A DNA stretch of 64,000 bases, from assembly GCF_024521635.1 (NCBI RefSeq), contig NW_026250418.1, positions 558,001-622,000 on the forward strand, read 5' to 3'. Below are positions 53,065-64,000 of the stretch, one piece after another. The notes under the pieces were generated by a model. The model saw nothing but the letters and a program-made list of their open reading frames with translations. It was not told where the DNA came from and made no database searches. Position 1 is the stretch's first letter. Every line of letters starts with the position of its first letter. The translations under genes were made by a program, and so were the position numbers. Origin of the DNA: Tricharina praecox (Eukaryota).

Positions 53065-55226
53065 TCAAACAGTACTCCTCCTAGTCTCGGGTTTACTCCT
53101 CTCCCACTCCTCGAGAAACTTGAGACGGTATTCCCACTCCTCGCCGCGGTCCTCGGCGAGTCGCTGGAGCGCTCTACTATCGCGCCCCATCACTACCGCG
53201 TCCTCGTCTTCACTCCACACTCCGCGCATCGCGGGTAGGCCCTCGCCACGCATGTGCGCGGCTATCACGATCTCCGCCAGGTGCTTGTCCGCCGAGGTGC
53301 GCTTCAGCGCCCACGCAATCCGCGGGCCCGTCAGCCCCGGGAAGCGCGCCTTCATGCGCGTGACAAAGGCGGAGAGGGTTTCGTGTTGGGATTCTAGTTC
53401 GTCTTCTTCTTCTTCGTCGACTTCTTCTTCTCCTTGCAAGGGCGTGGGCGAGGGGGTGGGAGATGCGAGTGGTGGAACCATGAGGTATGCATCTAGCTCA
53501 TCGTCTGGAGTACTAGGTCTCAAGACTGCGAGATTTGGCGAGCTAGGGAGCGAGGGGATTTTCAGGTCCAGGTCCGGGTCGGGTGATGACGAGCGGGGGT
53601 TGTATAGAGGGGAAGAGGCCGGGTTGAATAGCGGCGACGACGGCAGGGGCGGTCTGGTGATGGGGTCGCCGCCCACGCTGTGTGGAGACGATAGGTGAGA
53701 GTCTCCAGAGACTGCCGTTGAGGTGCCTAGTTCTGGCGAGGGTTCACGGCGCCGTTGTTGTTTGTGGCGGTGGCCGCGCTCAGGGGTCGAGGGAATCTCG
53801 GTGGTGAGCGGGAAGCGGGCGGGAATGGGGCGGATGCGCTTGCGTTTACTGGGTTTGGCGGTGTCGGCATCGGCATCGGTGTGTGGCGAGGTCACGGTTG
53901 GGGCATCGGTTGCGGGCACAGATGTCAGACCAGGAGCTTCGGTGTGCCATCGCGATGGGATCTCATGTTTGGAAGAGGAAGAGGCGGCATTCCGCACGCC
54001 AGGCGGGGGTGGTGTTGACCTCACGGGAGAAATTGGCCGCGGCGTCGGCTTCGCGCTGCGTTCGCCGGCGGTGCTTGTCTGTGCCAGGGGATGTGAGCGC
54101 CTGCGAGGACTAGGAAGCCGTGGCGGGCTGGACGGCGGTGGATTCCGAGATATTGAGGTAGACTCTTGTGGGTTCCACTCCTCCCCGCTCCGGACCCGGG
54201 GCAGGATGACAGCGTTGTACCGCTTGCGCCATTTCGACGCTGGATGGTGAGGGTGCTACACGATTTCAGCATTTGCCCCCCTCTTCATGGCCGGAGGATA
54301 ATACCATTTCGCCGAGCTTCTCCCAGGCCTCTAGAGGATCTTCGGCTTTCACGACGGTCGAGTGGTAGGCCATGAGTATATCGTCATCGTGTTGTGTAAA
54401 ATCATCGCCCAAGCTTGGCATGCTCTTCGATTTATTTCGGTTCAGATTCGATTTCGGCACGACTTTTGGCCGCGCTGCAATAACCTCTTTCGTCGGGTTC
54501 ACCGGTTCCTCCTCCTCCTCCTCTCCCTCATGCTCTTCGCCCGGACCATCCTCCTCCTGAACCACACCCTTCCCCTTCTGCCCAGCCAACAGCCTCTTAT
54601 ACCACCACTCAGGATCAGGATTCGTTTTCGAAAAGTGATCCACCCAGCGACCGCGCCAGCTATGCATAGTCCTCGCGGGGTAGTTATACTCCAGTGTCTT
54701 ATAGATTTTGTTACCATTGAGGGCGGTTCCCGGCTGCGAGATAGTGCGCAGCAGGATCAGGTCCTCTTCGGTGGTAAACAGGGTCCTCCTCCGCCCAGCG
54801 TGACTTTGTGTAGCTCTGAATTTCGCCGCCGACCCCGACGCTGCCCCCGTCAATGTTGATTTCTTGGGTCGGATTACACTCGGGTCGATCAAATGCTTCT
54901 CGGGGTCCTCGAGCCGCCCGCGTTTGATCGATTCGAGGACGAACGTGTACGAGTACATCGGCCGGTCGGTCATGACGCTGATACGCGCGTGGTCCCAGAT
55001 GCAGTAGTCCGCGTCCCGCTCGACTTGTGAGACCAGTCCTCCATTGACCTGTAGTTCATTGTCAGCACGGCTCTGGGATAGGTACTACGGCGTATGTGGG
55101 TACCTTGATGTCGGCAATGAGAGTTGCCCGGCACGGGACCATGAGCGATATCCAGAACTTGAGGTCCTGGAAGAGTGCGTTTGAGAGGGGCGCGGAGAGG
55201 TTGCCCTCTTGAGTTATCGTGACCAT
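53065..55226 (-). CDS. RAP1: Telomere protein Rap1 (BRCT, Myb, Myb-like and RCT domains)
   Basis: N-terminal BRCT (LFQDLKFW...YSYTFVLESIKRG), Myb RTLFTTEED...GNKIYK...HSWRGRW, second FTQHDD...WRKRY, C-terminal GVWSEDED...RLKFL; two introns. Confidence 0.85.
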
Positions 55227-55689
55227 CGCGAGAGGTGTTGTGAAGAACGGGGTGGTAGTGTGCAGCTGGTGATGGTGGTTGGGTGTGGTGTAGTGGTGGG
55301 GATAAATGGCTCTGGGGTTGGGTGTGCGACTTGAACGCGCCTAGGCGACGCGATTGCCTGCACCGATGACGCGCCGGAATCTCCAGCGCCAGCCTCAAGG
55401 CCGGCCCATAAGCATAAGCACATGGCCACCAGCTTGGCCTGCTTGGCTAAGGGTACTTCTCCTCGTGTACCTCCAGCCCTGGCTCGTGCACTTCTCCTTC
55501 TTGTCGTCATCTGTCCCATCCCAGCCAGTGTCGATCTCAGACTCACGGATTTCGTAAGTTCCGGAGCCGTGCTGTCTCGCCGAAGACCAACCAGGCTGCA
55601 GCCTTAAGTCCGAGCTCGAGTCCGCGCCAGTCAGTCCTCGATATCACGATACCTAGCATACCTACAAAGATCTGGACACACGCTGGAAG

Positions 55690-56876
55690 ATGGGTCTAAT
55701 ACGGCAACTGGCACTGGGAGTTCTTGCGATCTCCTTCGTCACTTTCGTTGCTCTGTTCGGACAACTCCAACGTTTACGGTTACCTCCTCCTACCCACTCC
55801 GCCAATGTGTCCGTCTTCCAGCTAACACACCATCATCTAGAAAAACACCCATAGGCTACCTTCACCGCCTTCTCCGCCACCGACTCCCCGCATTTCTCCT
55901 ATTACTCGACCACAAACTCACCTCGGGAACGCTCACCCCACTCCTGCAACGATGCGGCAATCACCTCGTCAACGAGAAGCACCCACTGGTGCTGATCTTC
56001 TACGTGCTCCTCGTCACGACCGGCGCCTACATGTTTCTTTCGGCAGGCTGGCGGTACCTCTCCCCCTCCCAGCAACTACTGGTGGCAATAGTCCTCCCGC
56101 TCCCCTACGTGAGCCTCTACCTCTGCGCGCGTAGCGACCCGGGGATCATCACGGCGGGCAACCACGCCTCCGCGATGGGAATGTACCCGTTCGACCACAC
56201 GATCTTCTTCCCATCGCCAGCCACTCCCCCGTGCCGGAGCTGCCGGCTGCCCAAGCCCGCGCGCAGCAAGCACTGCTCGATCTGCCGTGCGTGTGTAGCC
56301 AAACACGACCACCACTGCGTGTGGATCAACAACTGCGTGGGGCTAAACAACACACGGCACTTCCTGTTCTTCCTATCGAGCACGAACTTGCTGCTCGCGG
56401 TGGGCGCCGCGCTGAGCTACAGCATCCTCGAGGAGGTCCTGCGGCGCAGCACGGGGATCGAGCCGCGCGCGCTGCACACCTGGGAGCTGTGGGGAAGGTA
56501 CATGGCCGCCGCAGTGCTGCACGAGGTCTACGTCGGTGCGGTGTTCCTGCTGTGCGCCCTGTGCAGCTTGCTCAGCTTCTCGTTCACCGCGTACCATCTG
56601 TACCTCGTGTGGGCTGGCACGACGACAAATGAGACGGGCAAGTGGGCCGATTGGAGAGATGATATCAACGATGGGCTCATCTTTCGCGCGGATGGAGAGC
56701 TCGATGATGATACCGGAAGGGCGTGTCTGTACAGGATCGAGGCTGGCAGGACTCAGGATCTACCCCGCGGCGCCCTGTGGACGAGGGTGGAGGGATTGCA
56801 TCAGGTCGTGAATGTCTATGATCAAGGCGGTTGGAAGAATTTTTGGGATGTGTTTCGCCCGCAGAAATTGCAGTGA
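55690..56876 (+). CDS. SWF1: DHHC palmitoyltransferase
   Basis: [68 protein letters not shown]; intron 55779-55840. Confidence 0.92.
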
Positions 56877-57142
56877 GGAAAGGAGGGCGTGTACGCTGTG
56901 TATATATGTGGGAGTACTGCCGCGGTGCCGCGATGGTGGGAGTCATAGATCTTCCCGCTCTGGTGGGTCACTGGGTTATGGACATGATGGGTATGGCAGG
57001 GCGCTGTAGATACCCGATGAATGTGATTTACTTATTGTAATTTGTACCTGGGTAATACGAACGGCGATTTTTAGGTTTGGCACCTAGGTATCACGGATGG
57101 AACATGATAGGTGACTCGTTTACTATTCCTTCTACTGGGAGG

Positions 57143-57580
57143 CTCTAAGAAACACAAGCAATGCCGTTCACGTGTCCTAGGGTGTTCATATTCTTCCAAG
57201 TGATTAGAGTGGTTACCTCTTGGGTAAGTACCCGTCGTCAGTGGGAAGTAGGAACGGCGTGGATATCCACCACATAGCCGTGGCTTGTCAGCAGTACTCC
57301 TTGTGTCTATTATCTATCTTTGATTCTTCACTTCAAAGTTGAAAGTTCACAGCTTGCATTCCTCTAAGAAACACAAGCAATGCCGTTCACGTGTCCTAGG
57401 GTGTTCATATTCTTCCAAGTGATTAGAGTGGTTACCTCTTGGGTAAGTACCCGTCGTCAGTGGGAAGTAGGAACGGCGTGGATATCCACCACATAGCCGT
57501 GGCTTGTCAGCAGTACTCCTTGTGTCTATTATCTATCTTTGATTCTTCACTTCAAAGTTGAAAGTTCACAGCTTGCATTC
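57143..57580. repeat. Perfect 219-bp tandem duplication
   Basis: 57143-57361 and 57362-57580 read identical by eye. Confidence 0.95.
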
Positions 57581-59901
57581 TCATCTCCACACCTCGCCTA
57601 TGCCTCTATGGTTATGCAGCCACCACAAGAGTGACGGCTGATGCTATTTCCTCCAGCCAGCGTAGCAGAGGGGAGACCAGGCCTGGCCTTGGCCAACGAG
57701 AGCGCCAACGAAACGAAACGCAAGGGGGTATCAACGTAATCGAGAGGGCTTTTCGGCGTTCGCACTTCGCAGCGTATGCGCGGGGTAGGTAGGAGGCAGG
57801 AGGTAGGAGGTTGGGTATTGTGCATACACGAAACGCCACTTTTATGGAAGTGACTGGCATGATGATGCGCCTCCAAAAGCCAGCGGGAATCGCCGTGAGT
57901 ATCTACCGTATTCACATATTCACGTATGTACTAGCTACCGTAGTTGGTGGTCACGGGTCGTGATGTCGTTTATGTGGGGGGAGAGAGAGATCTTCAATTT
58001 GTTTCGCATGCAGCCTATCTACATAGACTATGGCGAATCGCCACACTCCTTTCCTTCCCACTCTAGCCGGCCGGGGTGGAGACTCTGCTACCGGACAGCA
58101 CGATGTGGCGCCGCTGTTGTTTATGTAGGGGTCTCCTTGGGAGTCGGGACTCGGGACGCAGCGTAGAACTAGGTACTACTAGTAGAGTGTGGTAGAGTGA
58201 TGACGAGTGACGCTGTCTCACTTCCTTCCTTTTAACCGTATCATAAACCAACTCGGATTGAGCGACGGTACTCTACTATGTATACGAACTTACGAAGTGT
58301 GCGTATGATGCCAGGAGGAGAAGCTGGTGAAGTCTCGAAGGATGGGGACGTCGGTGAAGTTGTAGTTGGCGATCGTTTGCGAATCTTCGTTCCATAAGGC
58401 ATCACATTACCTTACATTCCTCTCTCTCTCCCACATGCATATTCCTCACCCCCACTTTCCCACGATGCCCAACCAACGAACGTCTTCAGCTCTCGCGAGT
58501 CGGTCCAGCTTCCGGCTCCCAGCTTCCATCACTGGCATGTCGTTCTCGCTCAGCGTCACAGCACAAATACTAGTATATAGCCACAACGTGCCGAACTCCC
58601 GAGCCATTCCTGATGGGGGTTATAGAGTATCATAGTAACCCACCAGCACCGACGCGTGCAGACTCCGTGGCCGATCATTCGGACATAACATCAGAGCTGC
58701 ATAAGTTGCATACATAAGTTGCATATGCAAGTGTTCTTTTTGGCACCCGGGGATCGCGGGAACTCTGATAAGAGAGTTTTGTTTTTATTTTGCTTTGCAC
58801 GGAGGGGACCTGAGCAGTGAGCACTGAGCAGTGAGGAAGGGTGGGAGTCTGTAAATAAATTGACGCTCGGAGGATGGATGGGATGGGCATGTATGGGAAA
58901 TGTATTATGTCGTGATGCACAGACCGTTGCGACACCGGCCCTTCCTCTCCCTCGGAGGAGGGGGCTCGGAGGGGGCCGGGGGTTCGTATGTAAAACGCAT
59001 GAACGGTCTCAGAGCACACGAGCACGCAACGAAACGCGACACAACACAACGGCACAAACGTTGTGTTGTGGCCCGCCTGCCTGCGCATCGGGGGATCGAG
59101 GGATGGGCGTCTGATATTCCCATTGGCCTTGTTCCCCCTCGCTCCTTCCCACAGCATTCTTTGGAGGCCATCCACCGCACACGTGCAAGTGTTTTCCGCA
59201 GGCTCTCGCGCATTGCAGCCCGAATCGGAAAGCCAGCGACACTTGGATCGCCGCCGCTAGCACTCCCAGGGCCCGGTCAGGGGTCGCAACGTTTCCCTCT
59301 GGAGCGCAAGCTCGAAGCAAGCGGGGACTTCGCTAAGTAAGTAGAGTAAGGTGCATGCAAGGACCCCGATCTTGTTCGCTCGGTCGTTCCACCCACACAA
59401 CCCTTTTGTGGATTGCGGTGGGTACATAGTACTTCTTTCCCGCACCCGCAGCTCGAAGGTGGCTTCTACTTGGTTACTTCTTACCTCTTACTTACTTCTT
59501 ACTCCTTCACACTCTCTTTTCTTCGGCGGCGTCGTCCAATTCCATTCCCTTGACCGTTCTTTTCTGACGTCTGTTGTCTTCTCGTCATGTGCATTGGCTG
59601 AAATAACCCGTTCTCATCGAAACCGATTTGGTGCTCTGTACATACTCGACTCAGTATCTTCCAGGTACTAGTTAATGGCCTTTTCTCGTCGCGAGTGTCA
59701 ATCGAATACTATGATTGATCGAGCATCACTTGATCCATTCCTTTCTTCGCGGACGACGAGACCGGACGGAATTATATCGCAGACGGCCACACCCTTTTAC
59801 TTTTACGGACGGCGGCGGCGGCAGCAGTGTGGGGACTACAGGAGCTGCTTCGAGAGAAATAGAAACTCCTTTCGTCGGTGGCCTTCGCAACAGCCGCGAG
59901 G

Positions 59902-61203
59902 ATGCGATTCGGCGGTACCGCGCAATGCTCCCTGCGACTCTTGATTCGTGCGTTGGTGCTGGTGCTTTGGCTGGGGATTGTGGATGTGGGCGTGGACGCG
60001 GCTGTGACGAGTGGGCGGAATCCTATCACTTCGCCGTTGGAGGGCGTTTACGATGCGGATGTGGCGATTCCGGTTACGTGGAAGGTTTGTTGGTGCTTGG
60101 GATGTGTGTGGTCTTTGCACACTGGCTGACGAGTGATGGCAGCCAACAACGTCCGGAACCGTTTCTCTTATCCTGATGAAGGGGTCTCAGGATGATCTTG
60201 TGGAGGTTGCTCCATTGGCTGGTAATTACTACTACTACTACGCATGGAGTGGCGATGGTTTCGAATGCGAACTGACGCGCATGCTCTAGCTACCCTGGCG
60301 AATACTGGGGAGTACATTTGGAAAGTGGACCACGCCCTCGAAGGACAGGAAACGATGCCTGCGAACGATGTGTACGGCTTGATGATTAAGGATGACCTTA
60401 CCGGCCTCTTCGAATACAGCCCTCCCTTCCGGCTTCGGATCCCCGGCTCGAAATTTGGCAAACGGGATTCAACTGAATCCACTCCGGCGTCTACTAGTGT
60501 CAGCAAAGGGCTCACGCTCGAAACCCGCAAACCAGATCCCACCACGTCCCTCGAACACGAAATGGAAAATGGAGTCAATCTCGAGGCAATTTTCGGCACC
60601 GCCGGTGCTGGTTTAGGTGCCATCATCATCATGATCGTTGGGTTTTCCGTGTGGCGGCGCATCCAGAGCGAAAAGAAACTGGCAGCTTCTCGGAAAGATT
60701 TCCGCCGCCGCCGCGACAGCCTCGAGGACGACGACACCCCTTCCCCCGTCACAGCGCAGTACGCCGCCCACAGACGCATCCTATCCTCCTCCTCGTTCGG
60801 CGATGGCGCCCGTGCCAGCGACCTCTTCGAACGATCGGCGCTCGAACCACCGAAACCACTCTCTCCGATCGCGGACTCCCCGCCGCCCACGCCATTCGCT
60901 GCCCCACCGATGGTATTCCCGCCCTCCGCCTCCCTCCGGCGCACATCCAAAGGGCCCGCCGAGCTCCACCGGCGATCCTCCCTCCTACCCCCATCCGCGC
61001 CCGGCCCCACGCACCAAATCGCCGGCTTCGCATCGACCTCGCCGCCCGAAGGCTTCACGCTCGGCCCCGCCCCCAGCTCCCACAACTTCTCGCACCGCGT
61101 GCCCAAATACTCCGCCTTCAACCCGGACACGCCACCGACGCGGCCGTCCTCCTTCGCCGCAACAGAAACCGACACCGCCATCTGGGACAACCACCCCACA
61201 TGA
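59902..61203 (+). CDS. Single-pass membrane protein: signal peptide, Kre9/Knh1-like N-terminal Ig domain, TM helix, Pro/Ser-rich tail (391 aa)
   Basis: Exons 59902-60084, 60143-60221, 60290-61203; NPITSP...VTWK|PTTSGTVSLILMKG...NTGEYIW...YGLMIKDD...YSPPF; TM GAGLGAIIIMIVGFSVW followed by RR. Confidence 0.85.
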
Positions 61204-61229
61204 CAATCAGGGGTGGCCGCGGCCGCCCC
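61201..61229 (+). promoter_or_regulatory. Candidate stop-codon readthrough signal: TGA-CAATCA plus GC hairpin
   Basis: CAATCA fits CARYYA; GGGGTGGC-CGCG-GCCGCCCC forms an 8-bp stem at 61210-61229. Confidence 0.7.
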
Positions 61230-61593
61230 GAGCCCCTTTGCCGACGCCGCCGCGTACGTGCCGACGCCGTACGGCGCGCTCGCTGCCACAAACTCCAAGC
61301 TTCACCTCGAAGCGCAAGGCAGCAACTGGGACTCGATGCCACTGTCACCCCCGCCCCCCGCGTACTCGGTCGTCGAGCACGAGCGCGAGACCGAGCGGCG
61401 CAAGGAGAAGGAGGCCAGAAGGTACCTGCACCAGCAGTTGATGCGCTCAGATAGCAACGCTAGCTCGGTCTATGGCGCACAGGACGAGTATGGCGGACAG
61501 GAGGATCGAATGTCCATCCTCTCGTTCATTAGCTATTATGAATACTTTAGACCGCCAGAGGAGAAGGTGCCTAGGGATACTTACTATGCTTGA
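61204..61593 (+). CDS. In-frame C-terminal extension (129 codons) of the preceding gene, reachable by readthrough
   Basis: Same frame as exon 3; GC3-rich codons continue; contains SPPPPAY; lacks an early ATG (the ORF track starts at GTG). Confidence 0.65.
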   Translation, partial: QSGVAAAAPSPFADAAAYVPTPYGALAATNSKLHLEAQGSNWDSMPLSPPPPAYSVVEHERETERRKEKEARRYLHQQLMRSDSNASSVYGAQDEYGGQEDRMSILSFISYYEYFRPPEEKVPRDTYYA

Positions 61594-62863
61594 TGCCCGC
61601 TGTGGGTTTTGGGCTGAGACATTTTTTGTTGTGTGTTGTGTGCTGTGTGTGTGCTGTTTTGAGTCTTGCTTTTTTGCGTGCGCGTCTGCGTCTGTCTGTC
61701 TGTCTGTCACTCTTTGCATCTGTTGGCGTTTTTTTTTGTCATTTTTGTCAGCAGTTTTTGCCCTTTCGCTTGCGCGTCCTTTTGTGGTCAATGGTCATTG
61801 GTTTTTGTCGCTTATTGGTCTTTTTGGGGAAATTGGGAGGTTTACTTTTATTCTGCACTTATTCTGCACTTTTGGGCGTGGTGGTGGGAAGTAAGGAGGA
61901 GACGGAGATGGAGGAGAAGCAGGAGGAGGTGGTGGTGGAGGAACAGGTGGAGGATGCACTGGTGATTGGTAGTTTACAATCAATCAATAAAGTATCAGCT
62001 CGACATATCACTACATAATGTGCATTGTGCATTGTGCATGATTTATCACGGTGAGTGCAACTGTTCAAGCTTCAAGCCTCAAGCCTCAAGTGTCAAAAGC
62101 TTGTGTCGAAAGCCTCAGGTGTCGAAACGAAAGCTTGTGTCGAAAGCTTGATTCTGGAGACCAGTGAACATGGTGAACAATCTGTACCACCGAGTGGAGC
62201 GGCGAGGAGTTCTTCAGCCTTTAGTCTTCAGCCATCGTAGGAGTTGTGCAGCCCCATTCAGTCTTCAGCCTTCAGCCATCGGAACTTTCAATTGACGCTG
62301 GGGGGCGGGGGGAGGGGGGACACTGGGCTGCTTGGTGGTTAGTGGGGTAAGTGGGGTAAGTGGTAAGTTAAGGACGGCATCAATTTGTCACCGTCGGATT
62401 AAATAGATCCCGTATGTCATGTATGTCATGTATCACACCGCGTGTCAGTGTGAGCCAAGGAGGTGCCAGCAAGGTTACACGGCAGGTAGCGGACTTTATA
62501 GTTAGGCTAGTATAGTAGTGTCGTGTCATCCCGATTCCTGAAGACTCATCAACTCCGGCGCCTTGTGGTTATTATGTACCAGGTATAGATTTATCGCCTC
62601 GAGGCTCGGACATCCGTTTATCCGCCACATACACATCGCTGCAACTCCGAGTTCCTCACATGGAGGCTGCCTGAGGCGGGCATGAGCTTGCTAGATATTG
62701 TGCGGAGATTAGAGTAGGCACTGGGCAGACAGACAGCTCCTCGTGTGTACCATGCATGGATTGTAGGTGTGTAGTTAGCAGCTATAAAACCGCCAGGGCC
62801 CCGGGGCCATCGCGAAAGAAAAAAAAAAGCTGAAGAACCATCTCGCACAGCCGCACACTTACC

Positions 62864-63676
62864 ATGTCGCCATCGAAACTCGAAACCACCTTGTCCAGCG
62901 CGGCCCTGGCTACGGGCGAGTCGGAACCACTTCTGCCCGCCACCGCCGCTGCCGCTGCCGCCTCCCGTCCGCCATTCACATACACGCTGCGGCCGGCGAC
63001 CCTCGCCGACGTCCCGAGCATGGCCTCCCTCGCCGCATGCGCCTACCTCTCCTCCAGCTTCAGCGACTTCCTGTCCCCGGGGCGGTTCGCATACATCAGC
63101 GAGCACGCGTACGGGTACACGCAGCGGGTACGGTACCGGATGCTGTCTCCACGCTGCGTCTCGATCATAGCCGTGTCCTCCTCCGGGCTGCCGGTGGGGT
63201 ACGCGCAGTTCGTGCGGCACGGCGAGGACGCCGCCGCGAAGGAGGTGCATAGAAACGGCAATACCTGGGCGTTCCAGCTAAAGAGGGCCTGGCTGTATGC
63301 GAGATTCGCGTGGGATTATATCACCTTCACCGATAGGAGTATGGATCAGAAGGCACTGAAGGTCATGATGGCCCATGGAGATATGTGGAAGGGAGAGCAG
63401 CCGAATAGGTGGCATGCCCAGAGCGTCGTCGTTAGTCCTGGACATCAGAGGAGGGGCATTGGAAAGGCGCTCATGCGGGGAATGATGGAGAGGGCGGGGT
63501 CGGAGGGTGTCCCGCTCGGCCTCGAGGCGAGTCCGGACGGGGAGTTGTTGTATACTAAGCTCGGGTTCGAGCTGAAGAGGAGGTTTGAGATTGACTTTGA
63601 GGGCTTGGGGAAGGAGATTGAGGAGGATAGGGGCGGGTTGATGATTTATTACCCGCCTGGGTGCGAGAGGGAATAA
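62864..63676 (+). CDS. GNAT-family N-acetyltransferase
   Basis: LRPATLAD, PVGYAQF, VVVSPGHQRRGIGKALM (motif A), LEASPDGELLYTKLGF (motif B). Confidence 0.92.
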   Translation: MSPSKLETTLSSAALATGESEPLLPATAAAAAASRPPFTYTLRPATLADVPSMASLAACAYLSSSFSDFLSPGRFAYISEHAYGYTQRVRYRMLSPRCVSIIAVSSSGLPVGYAQFVRHGEDAAAKEVHRNGNTWAFQLKRAWLYARFAWDYITFTDRSMDQKALKVMMAHGDMWKGEQPNRWHAQSVVVSPGHQRRGIGKALMRGMMERAGSEGVPLGLEASPDGELLYTKLGFELKRRFEIDFEGLGKEIEEDRGGLMIYYPPGCERE

Positions 63677-64000
63677 GAGGTGTGGGTTGGTGTATGTAGA
63701 GTACATACGATGGCGAAAGGACGTCCGCGAGCTCCGTCAGTTGTCAATGGGTGCTCACGATGGAGGAGGGGAAGGAGGGCTGTATTGAGCATATACGGTA
63801 CCATATTCACATATCGAGTCTCATGGTGGTAGTTTAGTTAATGAATACCAAGAATCCGATCGATATATGCGCACAGTTCATGTTCATGTGGGATCTCGAT
63901 GGCGGGGGGACGGGAGCTGCCGTAGCGCGGCAGGGATCGTGGACACTGGACAGAGCTCAATGCAAGCGCCTGTACCTCATCAACCTCACCTGTAACTGCT

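Noticed and set aside
62335..62372. gtggggtaa repeats as interstitial telomere sequence
   Set aside because: Not TTAGGG and only 2-3 imperfect copies

Overview
Gene-dense, intron-rich eukaryotic DNA from a filamentous ascomycete (short introns with CTRAC branch sites, fungal housekeeping genes; finer taxonomy cannot be established from the sequence). About 27 protein-coding genes were reconstructed by hand: SLC35-type transporter, BTB protein, LSB5-like, eIF3g, ICP55, RING protein, SCP160, DBF4, MsrB, LAMTOR2-like, GLO1, HOT/ADHFE1, MFS transporter, MARVEL-like, COX15, KRS1, TIM17, GMPPA-like, RAP1, SWF1, a Kre9/Knh1-domain single-pass membrane protein, a GNAT, and several unknowns. No rRNA, tRNA, CRISPR array or intact transposon was seen. 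The strongest novel signal is a candidate programmed stop-codon readthrough site at 61201: TGA-CAA-TCA, then an 8-bp GC hairpin, then a 129-codon in-frame extension carrying a PPxY motif. Also notable are an OB-fold-like protein resembling SPATA22/RPA2, a 55-aa C1-like zinc microprotein missed by the ORF track, possible multi-compartment targeting of MsrB and GLO1, and a GLO1 that has lost one metal ligand. All family assignments are motif recognition from memory; no searches were run.
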